Assembly (NCBI GenBank): GCA_964016885.1
Contig: OZ024766.1
Coordinates: forward strand, 496,001-560,000
Origin: Eledone cirrhosa
Lineage: Eukaryota
Direction: 5' to 3'
DNA: 64,000 bases
Shown: in pieces, positions 18,387-33,416 of the stretch
Numbering within the stretch: the first letter of the stretch is position 1
Layout of the letters: each line of letters opens with the position of its first letter
Program-made: the position numbers and the translations under genes
Notes under the pieces: generated by a model
What the model saw: the letters and a program-made list of their open reading frames with translations, nothing else
What the model was told of the DNA's origin: nothing
The model's database searches: none

Positions 18387-19450
18387 TGTAATTCTTGAAT
18401 AATTCTCAAAACTCGAGAAGAGATATGACAATGTACGAGTAATTTAGGGTAAGAAATGGTCCTATATGAACTTATATATATATGATCGGGTGTGTATCGA
18501 TGTATATAGGAGCAGTCCTAACAAACGCGGATTGTTTACTACGGAGTGTAGAAAAGTACACAATATCTGCTGTGTTAACAATACAAATAATACGTACTTT
18601 ATATTTCAAGTCCAAATGTAAAGTCAAGAAAGACCAGGGAAGCTAATTGTTCAGATGTTGGTGATTTAAACCTATTTCTCTCTGTCCTGTAAAATGTGGA
18701 ACAACCAATTCACGATGTAGCGTAGTTTCTCATAAAATGAAATATTTAATCATGTAGGAGATGGAACACCTACCCTGCAACATGTAGCTCACTCTATGTT
18801 ATCTACAGAATATTAACTTTCACCCTAACATGAGATAATTGCTACACAAGATCTAATTAGATTAATTAAAGTATAATTAAGATAGCAGGTACGTGATGTT
18901 GTTGTAAATGCTTCTCTTTCCAGTTTGTGACCGGTGTCATACGTTAAAAGTCCCTGACATCATTTAATACATTTAAGAACACCTTCAGTTATATCAATTG
19001 TATCCAACCCAAGGTAAAAGCAACAATGTCACCCAGTAAAATATAATAATAACATATTAACGAGGGAGTCTCTTCCCTTTCTACTTAACCTGTTAGTAGA
19101 GTGTGATTTGGCTGTTATTTCTGTCTTAAAACAAAGGAGTTAAACATTCGTCAGTTTTGTCATATATATTTTCTTTAGGGCCTTGTGGTGTGTGGCCGAT
19201 TGTCACATTCGGTGGTGAATTGTTGGTTGTTTTTGTTTGTAATTTCCATTTTTTCCCCACTTTCACCATATATTTAACCGGCTATATATATTTTTGGTGA
19301 TTTACATTTGTCAGGTTCCTAGCAATAATTAATTGTATTTATATTTGTGTTTATATTTTCATTCTCTAAGAACTATAAACAATTTATAATGTTATTTATA
19401 CAGTTGAATTATTGTATTTATATAGAACATGATACAGGTATATGCATATA

Positions 19451-20520
<1,070 letters not shown>

Positions 20521-21183
20521 TAATGCTATCTGGCCCATCCGGCTGGCGTCCAGCTAGGTATACCAGCATTTTATCTTTTCAGGAATCCCCCCTCCACTCT
20601 AATGCAAAGATACCGCACGCCCTCTCAAGTCAGCGAGGGTGGGTGGGGGTAACATGCTCTTGTGTTGGGTTTGAATAGTTTTTAGGATTCCCCAGTTCAG
20701 CAGCCAGTACGTTAAAGAAAATTGATAGTTACAAGAATAAAGGCTGAACAGAGAACACATTTTTCAACAAACTTTACAATAATTTGTACAACCATAATGG
20801 AAATTCCAAGTAACAGAAAATACATAAATTACATTGTTTGAGCCTCAGAGTTTAAAAATATTTTTTATTCGGCCCATGGGAGCAAAAATGAAGAGATTTT
20901 CGTGAAATACATACGTTTGTTTATATTTTGTTTTTTGTGTATGCAAAAATATCTGTACACGAATATATAATTATATATATATATATATATTTCTCTCTTT
21001 ATATATATATATATTTCTCTCTTTATATATATATATTTCCCTCTTTATATATAATATATATTTCTCTTTATATATATATATATATATATATTTCTCTCTT
21101 TATATATATATATATTTCTCTCTTTATATATATATATTTCCCTCTTTATATATAATATATATTTCTCTTTATATATATATATA

Positions 21184-21530
21184 TCATCATTTCATCATCA
21201 TTTCATTTTATGTCCACCTTTCCCTGCTTGCAAGGGTGGGACGGGAACTGATTCTGGCTTGATTTCTACAGCTGGATGCCCTTCCTAACACCAACCTCAT
21301 TTACAGTGAGTGCTGGGTGCTTTTTTTGCCGTAGCACCTCCACGACCACTTTGCAGTGGAATGATATGGACCTCAGTCCCTATCATCTCATTTCTACAGC
21401 TGAGTAAACTGGAGCAATGTGAAATAAAGTGTCTTGCTCAAGGAAACAACACATCACCCAGTCTGAGAATTGAACTCACAACCTTTCGATTGCAAGGCCA
21501 ATGCTCTAACCACTAAGCCATGTGCCTCCA
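21184..21530 (-). mobile_element. SINE family B, full length, inverted relative to the 20161 copy
   Basis: Reverse-complement match to 20161-20520 and 28471-28805. Confidence 0.85.
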
Positions 21531-21699
21531 TATATATACCTGTATATATATATATATACATATACATATCTGTATATATATATACATATCTGTATATATA
21601 TATATATAATATATATATACATATCTGTATATATATAATATATATATACATATCTGTATATATATAATATATATATACATATCTGTATATATATATATA

Positions 21700-21915
21700 T
21701 ACGAGGGGGGGATCAAAAAGTTTGCGGAATTTTTCAGAAAATATTCTATTTTTCAAAAAATATGATTTACCATCAATTTATTTTTCTACATAGTTGCCAT
21801 CCAGGTCAATACACTTGACAAGGCGATGCTTCCAGCTTCGTAAGCTGTCTCTAAAGAAAGTTGAAGGCCTTGTTCGAAGCCATGTGTTGGCAGTGTTTTT
21901 AGCTTCTTCAACACC
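21700..21915 (-). mobile_element. Mariner transposon 3' end (TIR + transposase C-terminus)
   Basis: TIR TACGAGGGGGGGATCAAAAAGTTT; minus strand reads WLRTRPSTFFRDSLRSWKHRLVKCIDLDGNYVEK*. Confidence 0.8.
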
Positions 21916-22172
21916 ATATTTCTCTCTTTATATATATATATATTTCTCTCTTTATATATATATATATATATATTTCCCTCTTTATATATATATATATTTC
22001 CCCCTTTATATATCATCATCATCGTTTAACATCCATTTTCCACGCTAGCGTGTGTCTGGACGGGAATTGTCCACTTGAGGCAAGATTGGTTGTCTTGCTC
22101 AGGACTGTCTGGCGGGTTTTCTACGGCTGGATGCCCATCCTATATATATTTTTTCCTCTTTATATATATATA

Positions 22173-22207
<35 letters not shown>

Positions 22208-22268
22208 CTGCCAATACAGGAATTGAACTATCAAGACCGTAGTGGTATGTCATATATCAAATCATATA

Positions 22269-22330
22269 TTTTATCTGACGAGGACGTACTGAAAAAACAA
22301 CACAGTAACTTTGAAATATATATAATAAAG
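22269..22330 (+). ncRNA. Minimal type I hammerhead ribozyme motif
   Basis: TTTTAT-CTGACGA-stem II (GGACGTACTG/CAGTAACTTT)-GAAA-TATATAT-A-ATAAAG; homologous to 35114-35180. Confidence 0.6.
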
Positions 22331-22358
22331 CATATATTTTGATTATGTGAATATCTCC

Positions 22359-22436
22359 ATTTGTTAATATTTTGAATAATATATACATTTATATATATAT
22401 ATATAAATGTATATATTATTCAAAATATTAACAAAT
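22359..22436. repeat. Perfect 78-bp palindrome centred on (AT)n
   Basis: 39-bp arms checked base by base; further arm match 22325-22343 / 22435-22453. Confidence 0.9.
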
Positions 22437-23489
22437 CAAAATATATGCTTTATATATATATATATATGTAGAAGTTATATTTAATTTGTTGGGATACAAC
22501 AAGCAAATATTTTTATAACTGATATAAAGCACTCAACAAATTATTGGCTGAGGTAAATTTAATATTTTATTCTAGACTAGATAAAATATATTATATGTAC
22601 TACGGTTGATTTAATAAACTTTGCCCTTCCCCCAAAATTGTTGGTCTTGAGCCTAATTTACAAATCAAGAGAGATTTAACAAGTTTGTTGCTTCAAATTT
22701 CTTAAAACACTTATTTAGTGTGACTAGTGCAGTAAATTGGTAGAGCGTCAGACAACAAGTTTGCATCATATAGTTATGTCCTGTTACGTTCTGAGTTCAA
22801 ATCATGCGGAAGGTAGCTTTCCCTTTCATCCATACGGGGTTGATAAAATAAAGTACCAGTAATGCACTGAGGTTGATTTAACTTTCCCCACCCCAATATT
22901 ATTGGGCCTGTGCCTACATCAAATACCATTATTTACTGTGTCTAACAAGACTCAGTAACCTATACTATCACTACCCCAATGATACCAGCCAAGATAGTAT
23001 CTCAAAATTTTCTCTGACCAGCAGAAACCCAGGTACCAGTTGCCTCATGCTCCTGGCTAAGGACAGAATGGAGAAAGGGTTAACCTGGGGCCTCACAAGT
23101 TTTAAAAACAACAGAGTTCAATAGAATTTTAAACATTTCAAATACCAATGAAGTGTTTGTGTTTGATTTATTCTAACTACTTTCAAGATATCATTACATA
23201 TGGTGTTCATAACAGATATTTAGATGGTAAAATAACAAAAATATGGAATCACACTCTTTACTTAACAAAAATAGATTGAATTTCAGGAGATAAATATAAT
23301 TTATTTAATATATTATGAAAAACTGATAAATGATTTACGCTAAAAAGAAAGAAGAATAAAACCAGGAAAAGACATATACATTGCATCAATCACACATCAC
23401 AAGAAGGAATGTTGGTGTTGACCTCTAGTATATCTGAGACAAGACACAGCATTACCTTAGGTGATAGAGGCTCCCTCAATTACTTTCTG

Positions 23490-25207
<1,718 letters not shown>

Positions 25208-27004
25208 TCAATGGAAGGATTTCTCTCCAGTGTGTGTTCTTATGTGTCTAGTTAAATGACTCCTGCTAACAAAACATTTCCCACATATTTCACAATGGAA
25301 GGGTTTCTCTCCAGTATGGCTACGTATGTGCTTAACAAAATTGGATTTCTTAGTGAAAGAATTCCCACATATTTCACAATGGAAGGGTTTCTCTCCAGTA
25401 TGGCTACGTATGTGCTTAACAAGATTGGATTTCTTAGTGAAAGAATTCCCACAGATTTCACAATGGAAGGGTTTCTCTCCAGTGTGTGTTCTTTTGTGCT
25501 TAACAAGATTGGATTTCTTAGTGAAAGAATTCCCACATATTTCACAACGGAAGGGTTTCTCTCCAGTATGGCTACGTATGTGCTTAACAAGATTGGATTT
25601 CTTAGTGAAAGAATTCCCACAGATTTCACAATGGAAGGGTTTCTCTCCAGTATGGCTACGTATGTGCTTAACAAAATTGGATTTCTTAGTGAAAGAATTC
25701 CCACATATTTCACAACGGAAGGGTTTCTCTACAGTGTGTGTTCTTTTGTGTCCAGTTAAAGTAGAGCTTTGGAGAAAAGATTTCCCACATATTTCACAAT
25801 GGAAGGGTTTCTCTCCAGTGTGTGTTCTTATGTGTGTAGTTAAATGACTCCTGCTAACAAAACATTTCCCACATATTTCACAATGGAAGGGTTTCTCTCC
25901 AGTGTGTGTTCTTATGTGTCTAGTTAAATGACTCCTGCTAACAAAATATTTCCCACATATTTCACAATGGAAGGAATTTTCTCCAGTATGGCTACGTATG
26001 TGCTTAACAAGATTGGATTTCATAGTGAAAGAATTCCCACATATTTCACAATGAAAGGGTTTCTCTCTACTGTGTGTTTTTTTGTGTACAGTTAAAGAAG
26101 AGCTATAGAGAAAATATTTCCCACATATTTCACAATGGAAGGATTTCTCTCCAGTGTGGCTACTTATATGCCTAACAAGAGTAGATTTCTGAGTGAAAGA
26201 TTTCCCACATATTTCACAATGGAAGGGTTTCTCTCCAGTGTGGCTACGTATGTGCCTAACAAGAAAACATTTCTGAGTGAAAGATTTCCCACATATTTCA
26301 CAACGGAAGGGTTTCTCTCCAGTATGGCTACGTATGTGCTTAACAAGATTGAATTTCTTAGTGAAAGAATTCCCACATATTTCACAATGGAAGGGTTTCT
26401 CTCCAGTGTGTGTTCTTTTGTGTGCAATCAAATTAGAGCTATAGAGAAAAGATTTCCAACATTTTTCACAATGGAATGGCCTCTCTCCAGTGTGTGCTCT
26501 TTTGTGTGCTGTCAAATTAAAGCTTTGAAAAAATGATTTCCCGCATATTTGACAATGGAAGGGTTTATCTCCAGTGTGGCTACGTATATGCTTAACAAGA
26601 GTAGATTTTTGAGTGAAAGATTTCCCACATGTTTCACAGTCGAAGGGTTTCTCTCCTGTGTGTGTTCTTTTGTGTTGCAACAGAGTAGAACTATGACCAA
26701 AAGATTTCCCACATATTTCACATTTGAAGGGTTTCTCACCTCTGTGTGTTCTTTTGTGTCTACATAAATCAAGGTTGCAGACAAAAGATTTCCCACATGT
26801 CTCACAGTGTTTGTGTTTGTGTGCAGATAATTCATCTTCTGATGAGAAAGTTTTCCTACAAATGTCACAGCTATATTCAGGAATATTTCTGTGTAATGAT
26901 CCTTGTTCAGTACACGTTTCACTGGGTAAAGGTTTCTCACCACTGTATGACTGTGTAACTGTATCTATATTGGTAGAAATGTCCAAGTGTTTAACGTCTT
27001 CCAT
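25208..27004 (-). CDS. Poly-C2H2 zinc-finger protein ZNF-5 (~20 fingers)
   Basis: ATG of MEDVKHLD at 27004; tandem fingers; stop created by a 2-bp loss in CAT-TGT-GAR. Confidence 0.85.
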   Translation of the reverse strand: MEDVKHLDISTNIDTVTQSYSGEKPLPSETCTEQGSLHRNIPEYSCDICRKTFSSEDELSAHKHKHCETCGKSFVCNLDLCRHKRTHRGEKPFKCEICGKSFGHSSTLLQHKRTHTGEKPFDCETCGKSFTQKSTLVKHIRSHTGDKPFHCQICGKSFFQSFNLTAHKRAHTGERPFHCEKCWKSFLYSSNLIAHKRTHTGEKPFHCEICGNSFTKKFNLVKHIRSHTGEKPFRCEICGKSFTQKCFLVRHIRSHTGEKPFHCEICGKSFTQKSTLVRHISSHTGEKSFHCEICGKYFLYSSSLTVHKKTHSREKPFHCEICGNSFTMKSNLVKHIRSHTGENSFHCEICGKYFVSRSHLTRHIRTHTGEKPFHCEICGKCFVSRSHLTTHIRTHTGEKPFHCEICGKSFLQSSTLTGHKRTHTVEKPFRCEICGNSFTKKSNFVKHIRSHTGEKPFHCEICGNSFTKKSNLVKHIRSHTGEKPFRCEICGNSFTKKSNLVKHKRTHTGEKPFHCEICGNSFTKKSNLVKHIRSHTGEKPFHCEICGNSFTKKSNFVKHIRSHTGEKPFHCEICGKCFVSRSHLTRHIRTHTGEKSFH

Positions 27005-27694
27005 TGTAATTCTTGAAGAATTCTCAAAACTCGAGAAGAGATATGACAATGTACGAGTGATTAGGGGTAAGAAATGGTCCTCTATGTACTTATATATATA
27101 TATATGATCGGGTGTGTATCGATGTATATAGGAGCAGTCCTAACAAACGCGGATTGTTTACTACGGAGTGTAGAAAAGTACACAATATCTGCCGTGTTAA
27201 CAACACAAATAATACGTACTTTATATTTCAAGTCCAAATGTAAAGTCAAGAAAGACCAGGAAAGCTAATTGTTCAGATGTTGGTGATTTAAACCTATTTC
27301 TCACTGTCCTGTAAAATGTGGAACAACCAATTCACGATGTAGCGTAGTTTCTCATGAAATGAAATATTTAATCATGTAGGAGATGGAACACCTACCCTGG
27401 AACATATAGCTCACTCTATGTTATCTACAGAATATTAACTTTCACCTTAACATGAGATAATTACTACACAAGATATAATTAGATTAATTAAAGTATAATT
27501 AAGATAGCAGGTACGTAATGACGTTGGTAATGTTCCTCTTTCCGGTTTGTGACCGGTGTCATACGTTAAAAGTCCCTAATGTAATTTAATATATATTTAT
27601 TTATATATACACACAGTCAAACACACATATATATATATATACAATACTGGCCGAAACTTATCAAAGTTATATATATATACATAAACACATATAG

Positions 27695-27725
<31 letters not shown>

Positions 27726-27759
27726 ATACATATACGTACATACATATATATACATATAC

Positions 27760-27800
<41 letters not shown>

Positions 27801-28016
27801 GACATATATATACATATATATATTTATATACATTATATATATATATATATACATACATATATATATATATATACATATATATATACATATATATATACAT
27901 ATATATATACATATATATATATATATGTATATATTGTTTTATAAATATAGTTTCCATTTATTAATATATTGTGTATTTACTCCACTAACTTGTTGAGTGC
28001 TTTATGTCAGGTATAA

Positions 28017-28470
28017 AGCACTCAAAACACAAGAGTGGGCACCTGGAATGTCCGCACGCTCTTTCGGGACGGGCGGATGGGGCAGGTGCTGAAGGAGATG
28101 AGGAGAAAATATCGCCTTGACATCTTGGGCATCAACGAGACGAGGTGGACAGGACTCTGGGACCTGACTCAACAGCGGAGACATGACTATTCTCTACTCC
28201 GGTGATGATGACCACCATGTCCACGGAGTTGGCATCATCCTCACCGGAGATGTATCGCGGGCTCTTGTGGGATGGAGGCCAGTGAGTGAACGAATTATTA
28301 CTGCCAGATTGAGCACAAGGTTAGCCAAGGTGACCGAGGTGCAAGTCTATGTCCCGACTGAAGCTGCCTCAGATGAAGATAAGGATACCTTCTTTATCCA
28401 ACTACAGGATGTCCTAGAGGAAACACCCAGGTCAGACATTAGGCTGGTGATAGCTGACTTCAATGCCAAT
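28017..28470 (+). mobile_element. LINE APE-endonuclease fragment (RTE-like), frameshifted
   Basis: VGTWNVRTL, LGINETRW, GVGIILT, VSERIITARL, VQVYVPTE, IADFNA. Confidence 0.85.
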
Positions 28471-28805
28471 GGAGGGACATGTCTTAGTGGTTAGGGCATT
28501 GGCCTTGCAATCGAAAGTTTGTGAGTTCAATTCTCGGACCGGCTGATGTGTTGTTTCCTTGAGCAAGACACTTTATTTCACATTGCTCCAGTTTACTCAG
28601 CTGTAGAAATGAGATGATAGGGACTGGGGTCCCTATCATTCCACTGCAAAGTGGTCGTGGAGGTGCCACGGCAAAAAAGCACCCAGCACTCACTGTAAAT
28701 GAGGTTGGTGTTAGGAAGGGCATCCAGCTGTAGAAATCAAGCCAGAATCAGTTCCCTTCCCACCCTTGCAGGCAGGGAAAAGTGGACGTAAAATGATGAT
28801 GATGA
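28471..28805 (+). mobile_element. SINE family B, full length
   Basis: Match to the 20161 copy; (ATG)n tail. Confidence 0.85.
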
Positions 28806-29968
28806 TTATATATATATGGTAAATATTTCTCAGACATAAAACAGAGAGGTCGGCTTATATTCAAGAATATATGGTAAATATTTTTATTCAAAATGTATTC
28901 ATTTATCAACTACAACTTTATGATTCACAAATAGAAATTTTTCAAATATTTTAATTAAAAGGGTTTCCTTTAATAAAAGGATATATGTATAAAATACAAA
29001 GTCGTTAGAACATTGGATAGAATACTCTCCAGTATTTGTTCTGGCTCTCTTGAGTTCAAATCCTGCCAAGGTCAACTTTGCCTTTTATCCATTTATGATT
29101 GATAAAAAAAATACCAGTCAAGTACTGGGGTCAATTCTTCCTCTACATCTATTTCTCACTTCTTTTCTCTCACTTTCTATCCTTCTCTGAAAGTAATCTG
29201 CTGTGACTAGACCCGTTGAGGAGAGGGGCTCCGCCAGGTTTAAAAATACACACCCCTACTAACTCAGAAGTTATGGACTATGCCATATTATATATATCAT
29301 CATCATTTTACGTCCGCTTTTTCCCTGCTTGCAAGGCTGGGAGAGGAACTGATTCTGGCTTGATTTCTACAGCTGGATGCCCTTCCTAACACCAACCTCA
29401 TTTACAGTGAGTGCTGGGTGCTTTTCAGTGTGTAGAAAAGTCCTAGCATATTTATACTTGTAAGCAAAGAGGGTTTCATGTTTTCTCTCCGGTGTATATG
29501 GGTTTGCGTCTACATCATGAGAGTGATACTGTTGTTGGTATGGTACGTGTTATGTAGTTTTATTTCTTTTACTTCATCTTTTATAAGCATTCTTTCATAT
29601 ATTTATGTACAAGGCTTGGCTGAAAGGTTCATTGGCTGACTATGAAGGATTGATGCTTGAGCGGTGAAATCTTGCATGCCCCAATACATGGTTCTGCTAT
29701 GAGTAAACTATAGCCTGGCCCTTCCCCTATGGGACCACCCAGTCCCACACTGTAAACATGGTTGGTGTTAGGAAGGGCATCCAGCTGTAAAGACTCAGCC
29801 AAAATACAGTTCTGTTTGAGCAAGGTACGGCATGGCCAACTGGCCAGATTTATTTCATAGTATGGACAACCCATCTGATCCATGCAAGCGTGGAAAAATA
29901 AGTCATTGAATGATGATGATGATGATAAGGAACTGCTTGAGGCAAAAGATTTCCCACATAATTCACAG

Positions 29969-30197
29969 TTAACCCTTTAGCCTTTAAACCAGCCGTATCA
30001 GGCCAGAATTCTCACGCCTCTTTCTGTCTAAACTGGCTGTAACCAGCCGCTCATACTAATGTTAAGGTATTGTTTTCAAAATAAATAATATCAAAATCTC
30101 ATAGATTTGATATTATGTGAGATAACTATGTGAGTTAAAGCCTTTACTGTGAAACTATAATAGTAAATATAGAGTAATGTAAATGCTAAAGGGTTAA
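29969..30197. mobile_element. piggyBac-type MITE with TTAA target duplication
   Basis: TTAA-CCCTTTAGC ... GCTAAAGGG-TTAA; finger sequence resumes on the far side (29925-29968). Confidence 0.8.
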
Positions 30198-31939
30198 AAG
30201 ACTTTCTTTCTAGTGTGTGTTCGTTTGTGCCTACATAAGGAACTGCTTGAAGCAAAAGATTTCCCACATGTTTCACAGTGGTAAGGTTTCTCTCCAGTGT
30301 GTATTCTTTTGTGTGTTGTTAATGTGCTACTCACCATAAAATACTTACCACATATTTCACAGTGGTAAGGTTTTTCGCCAGTGTGTGTTCTTTTGTGGGA
30401 TCTTACTTCACCATTAGAGATAAAAGATTTCCCACATATTTCACAATGGTAAGGTTTTTCGCCAGTGTGCGTTCGTTTGTGTGTTGTGAGTTCACCGTTA
30501 GCAACAAAAGATTTCCCACATATTTCACAGTGATAGGGTTTTTCTCCAGTGTGTGTTCTTTTGTGTGTTGTTAATTCACCATTTGAGACAAAAGATTTCC
30601 CACATGTTTCACAGTGAAAGGGTTTCTCTCCTGTGTGACTACGTATGTGGTTAACAAGACTAAAATTTACTGAGAAAGATTTCCCACATATTTCACAATG
30701 GAAGGGTTTCTCTCCAGTGTGGCTACGTATGTGTTTAACAAGGTCAGCATTATGAGTAAATAATTTTCCACATATTTCACAGTGAAAGGTTTTTTCACCA
30801 GTGTGTCTACGTTTGTGGAGACGAAGATTATATTTAAGAGAGAAAGATTTCCCACATATTTCACAATGAAATGGTTTTTCTCCAGTGTGGCTACGTTTAT
30901 GATCAACTAAATGACATTTATATACAAAAGATTTCCCACATGTTTCACACATAAATGGATTTTTTCCACTATGTTTTATTTTATGGACTGCAAGATTAGA
31001 ATCATCACTGAAAGATTTACCACATATCTCACAACGATATGGTTTCTCGCCTGTGTGAATTCTTTTGTGTTTAGTTAAATTACTGTTTGAGCCAAAATAT
31101 TTTCCACATATTTCACAGTGGAAAGGTTTTTCTCCAGTGTGTCTACGTTTGTGAGACATAAGATTGAAATTAGTCACAAAATATTTCCCACATATTTCAC
31201 AATGATAGGGTTTTTCTCCCGTGTGAACTCTGTTATGTTTTGATAATTCACTGTTCGTGCCAAAATGTTTCCCACATATTTCACAATGGAAAGGTTTTTC
31301 TCCGGTATGACTACGTGTATGCGCTACAAGAGTAGATTTAACAATGAAAGATTTCCCACAAATTTCACAATGAAATGGTTTTTCTCCTGTGTGTTTTCGT
31401 TTATGTGTTGTTAGCTTACTGTTTGATATAAACGATTCTCCACATATTTTACAGTGAAAGGGTTTTACTCCTGTGTGTATTCTTGTGTGGTTAACAAGAC
31501 TAGAATTTACAGTGAAAGATTTCCCACAAATTTCACAATGATATGGTTTTTCTCCTGTGTGTGTTCGTTTGTGTGTTGTTAATTCACCGTTAGAGACAAA
31601 AGATTTACTACATATTTCACAGTGAAAAGGTTTTTCTCCAGTGTGACTACGTATATGTACAAGAAGATGAGAATTACAAGTATAAGATTTCCCACATATT
31701 TCACAACGGAAGGGCTTGTCTTTAGTGTGTGTGTCTTTATGTGTGGATAGTTCATCTTCCGATGAGAAAGTTTTCTTACAAACCTCACAACTATATTCAC
31801 CAATATTTCTGTATAATGATCCTTGTTCAGTACATGTTTCACTAGGTAAAGGTTTCTCACCACTGTATGTCTGTGTAACTGTATCTATATTGGTATAAAC
31901 AGCTGTGGTAGAAATGTCCAAGGGTTTAACGTCCTCCAT
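30194..31939 (-). CDS. Poly-C2H2 zinc-finger protein ZNF-6 (19 fingers)
   Basis: ATG start MEDVKPLD; uninterrupted 581-aa finger array. Confidence 0.9.
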   Translation of the reverse strand: MEDVKPLDISTTAVYTNIDTVTQTYSGEKPLPSETCTEQGSLYRNIGEYSCEVCKKTFSSEDELSTHKDTHTKDKPFRCEICGKSYTCNSHLLVHIRSHTGEKPFHCEICSKSFVSNGELTTHKRTHTGEKPYHCEICGKSFTVNSSLVNHTRIHTGVKPFHCKICGESFISNSKLTTHKRKHTGEKPFHCEICGKSFIVKSTLVAHTRSHTGEKPFHCEICGKHFGTNSELSKHNRVHTGEKPYHCEICGKYFVTNFNLMSHKRRHTGEKPFHCEICGKYFGSNSNLTKHKRIHTGEKPYRCEICGKSFSDDSNLAVHKIKHSGKNPFMCETCGKSFVYKCHLVDHKRSHTGEKPFHCEICGKSFSLKYNLRLHKRRHTGEKTFHCEICGKLFTHNADLVKHIRSHTGEKPFHCEICGKSFSVNFSLVNHIRSHTGEKPFHCETCGKSFVSNGELTTHKRTHTGEKPYHCEICGKSFVANGELTTHKRTHTGEKPYHCEICGKSFISNGEVRSHKRTHTGEKPYHCEICGKYFMVSSTLTTHKRIHTGEKPYHCETCGKSFASSSSLCRHKRTHTRKKVF

Positions 31940-32885
31940 TGTAATTCTTGAAGAATTCTTAACAGTTGAGAAATATGTGTTTATAATATATTACAGTTCA
32001 GTTTCTTCTCTTAGATATCATAGGACTATGTTTACATGTGTGGGAAATATACAACATAGATATACTTTCTACATATCCCTAGAATTCTTGTAGCTAAGTG
32101 AGTCCTCTCCAAGTGGTACATATGTATTGTCGTAGACAAAAAGGATTCTATATCTACGTTAAGAAATGTGGTTTTGGATACGATGTTGTCTAACAAATAT
32201 ATATCGTCCATAAATTACTGATAGCAGATATTCTGGTGAAATAGTCGTACTTCTACAACAAATTGTAGCGTAACTCTTTGTAGACAAAATTGTAAAGTAA
32301 GAATAGATATGACAGTTTAGGACTGGTGTCGGGTATGGAAAATGTGTGTATGTATAGATATTTGCTACACAAGATATAATTAGATTAATTAAAGTTAATT
32401 AATTAAGATAGCAGGTACGCGGGGTTGTTGACAACGTTTCCTTCCCTTGATTGACACCGGTGACTTACTTTAAAAGTCCCTGATATAACAACTGTCTTAA
32501 TAAAGGTAAATACACATTTGGCAGTGCAGTCCTAGATATATATAAACGTGGTAGTCACGGTTGGAACACAGTTTATTACAGATCTGTTTGATTATGTTGA
32601 GCCGAAACCTAACAAATTAAAAAAAAAGACTGTGTTAAATATGTTTGTTTTTAATTAAATCTTAAGCTAAGACGAGGTTGTCTCCCCTTCAATAACTTAA
32701 TAAGTTCAACTCAATCTACGATATTCTCGGCTCCGTATGTAGAGTTAACTTTAGTCTCATAAACCCAGCTGCTATTTTTGGCGGCATGAGTATGTAAGGC
32801 GCTAGGGGCTGCAACACGTGTGTTTATAACAGCATATCTCTCAGCCATCTTAGATCCTTTGAAGTGAAAGGTACGAATCTTCCTG

Positions 32886-32965
32886 GATACCCGCAGATGA
32901 GGACAAGAATTCTGGTTTTCACTTAATAATTCTTGCGAAACAGATTTTGGGTCTGTCCCGGTATC
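32886..32965 (+). ncRNA. Type I hammerhead ribozyme motif with a full stem III and one core substitution (U4A)
   Basis: GATACCCG-CAGATGA-G..CAAGAATT/AATTCTTG-C-GAAA-CAGA..TCTG-TC-CCGGTATC; GUC cleavage triplet. Confidence 0.6.
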
Positions 32966-33416
32966 ATAGGCTATTTGCCAGATATAGGTTTGTTATTTTT
33001 ATTGATTTATTACCTTAAATCGAGTCAGGAAAACCATATTGTTTTAAATTAGTATTTTTTCAACCTAGCTAACTTTGTCATTTGCAATTGGAACACATAT
33101 ATACTTGTATTTGTGTTCATCCCTCTCATATATCCAATTATAAATCCCGCCGAGGTTAACTTTGCCTTTCATTCTTACGGGGTCGATAAAATAAAGTACC
33201 AGTAATACATTGGGGTAATTTGCTGGCCTTGTGCCAAAAGTAGAAAAAAATTATATTACACGGCTCGGAAAGATTCCCTTAATTGTAAAAGACTATTCTG
33301 AGTTTATAATTCAATCTATGATAAGTTCGATACTGAATTGATTTCCTCTGTGACTAAGTTTCGTTTAAAAACTATTATGGGTTATTTTATTTGTCAGCAT
33401 AATCGATATAATAATA

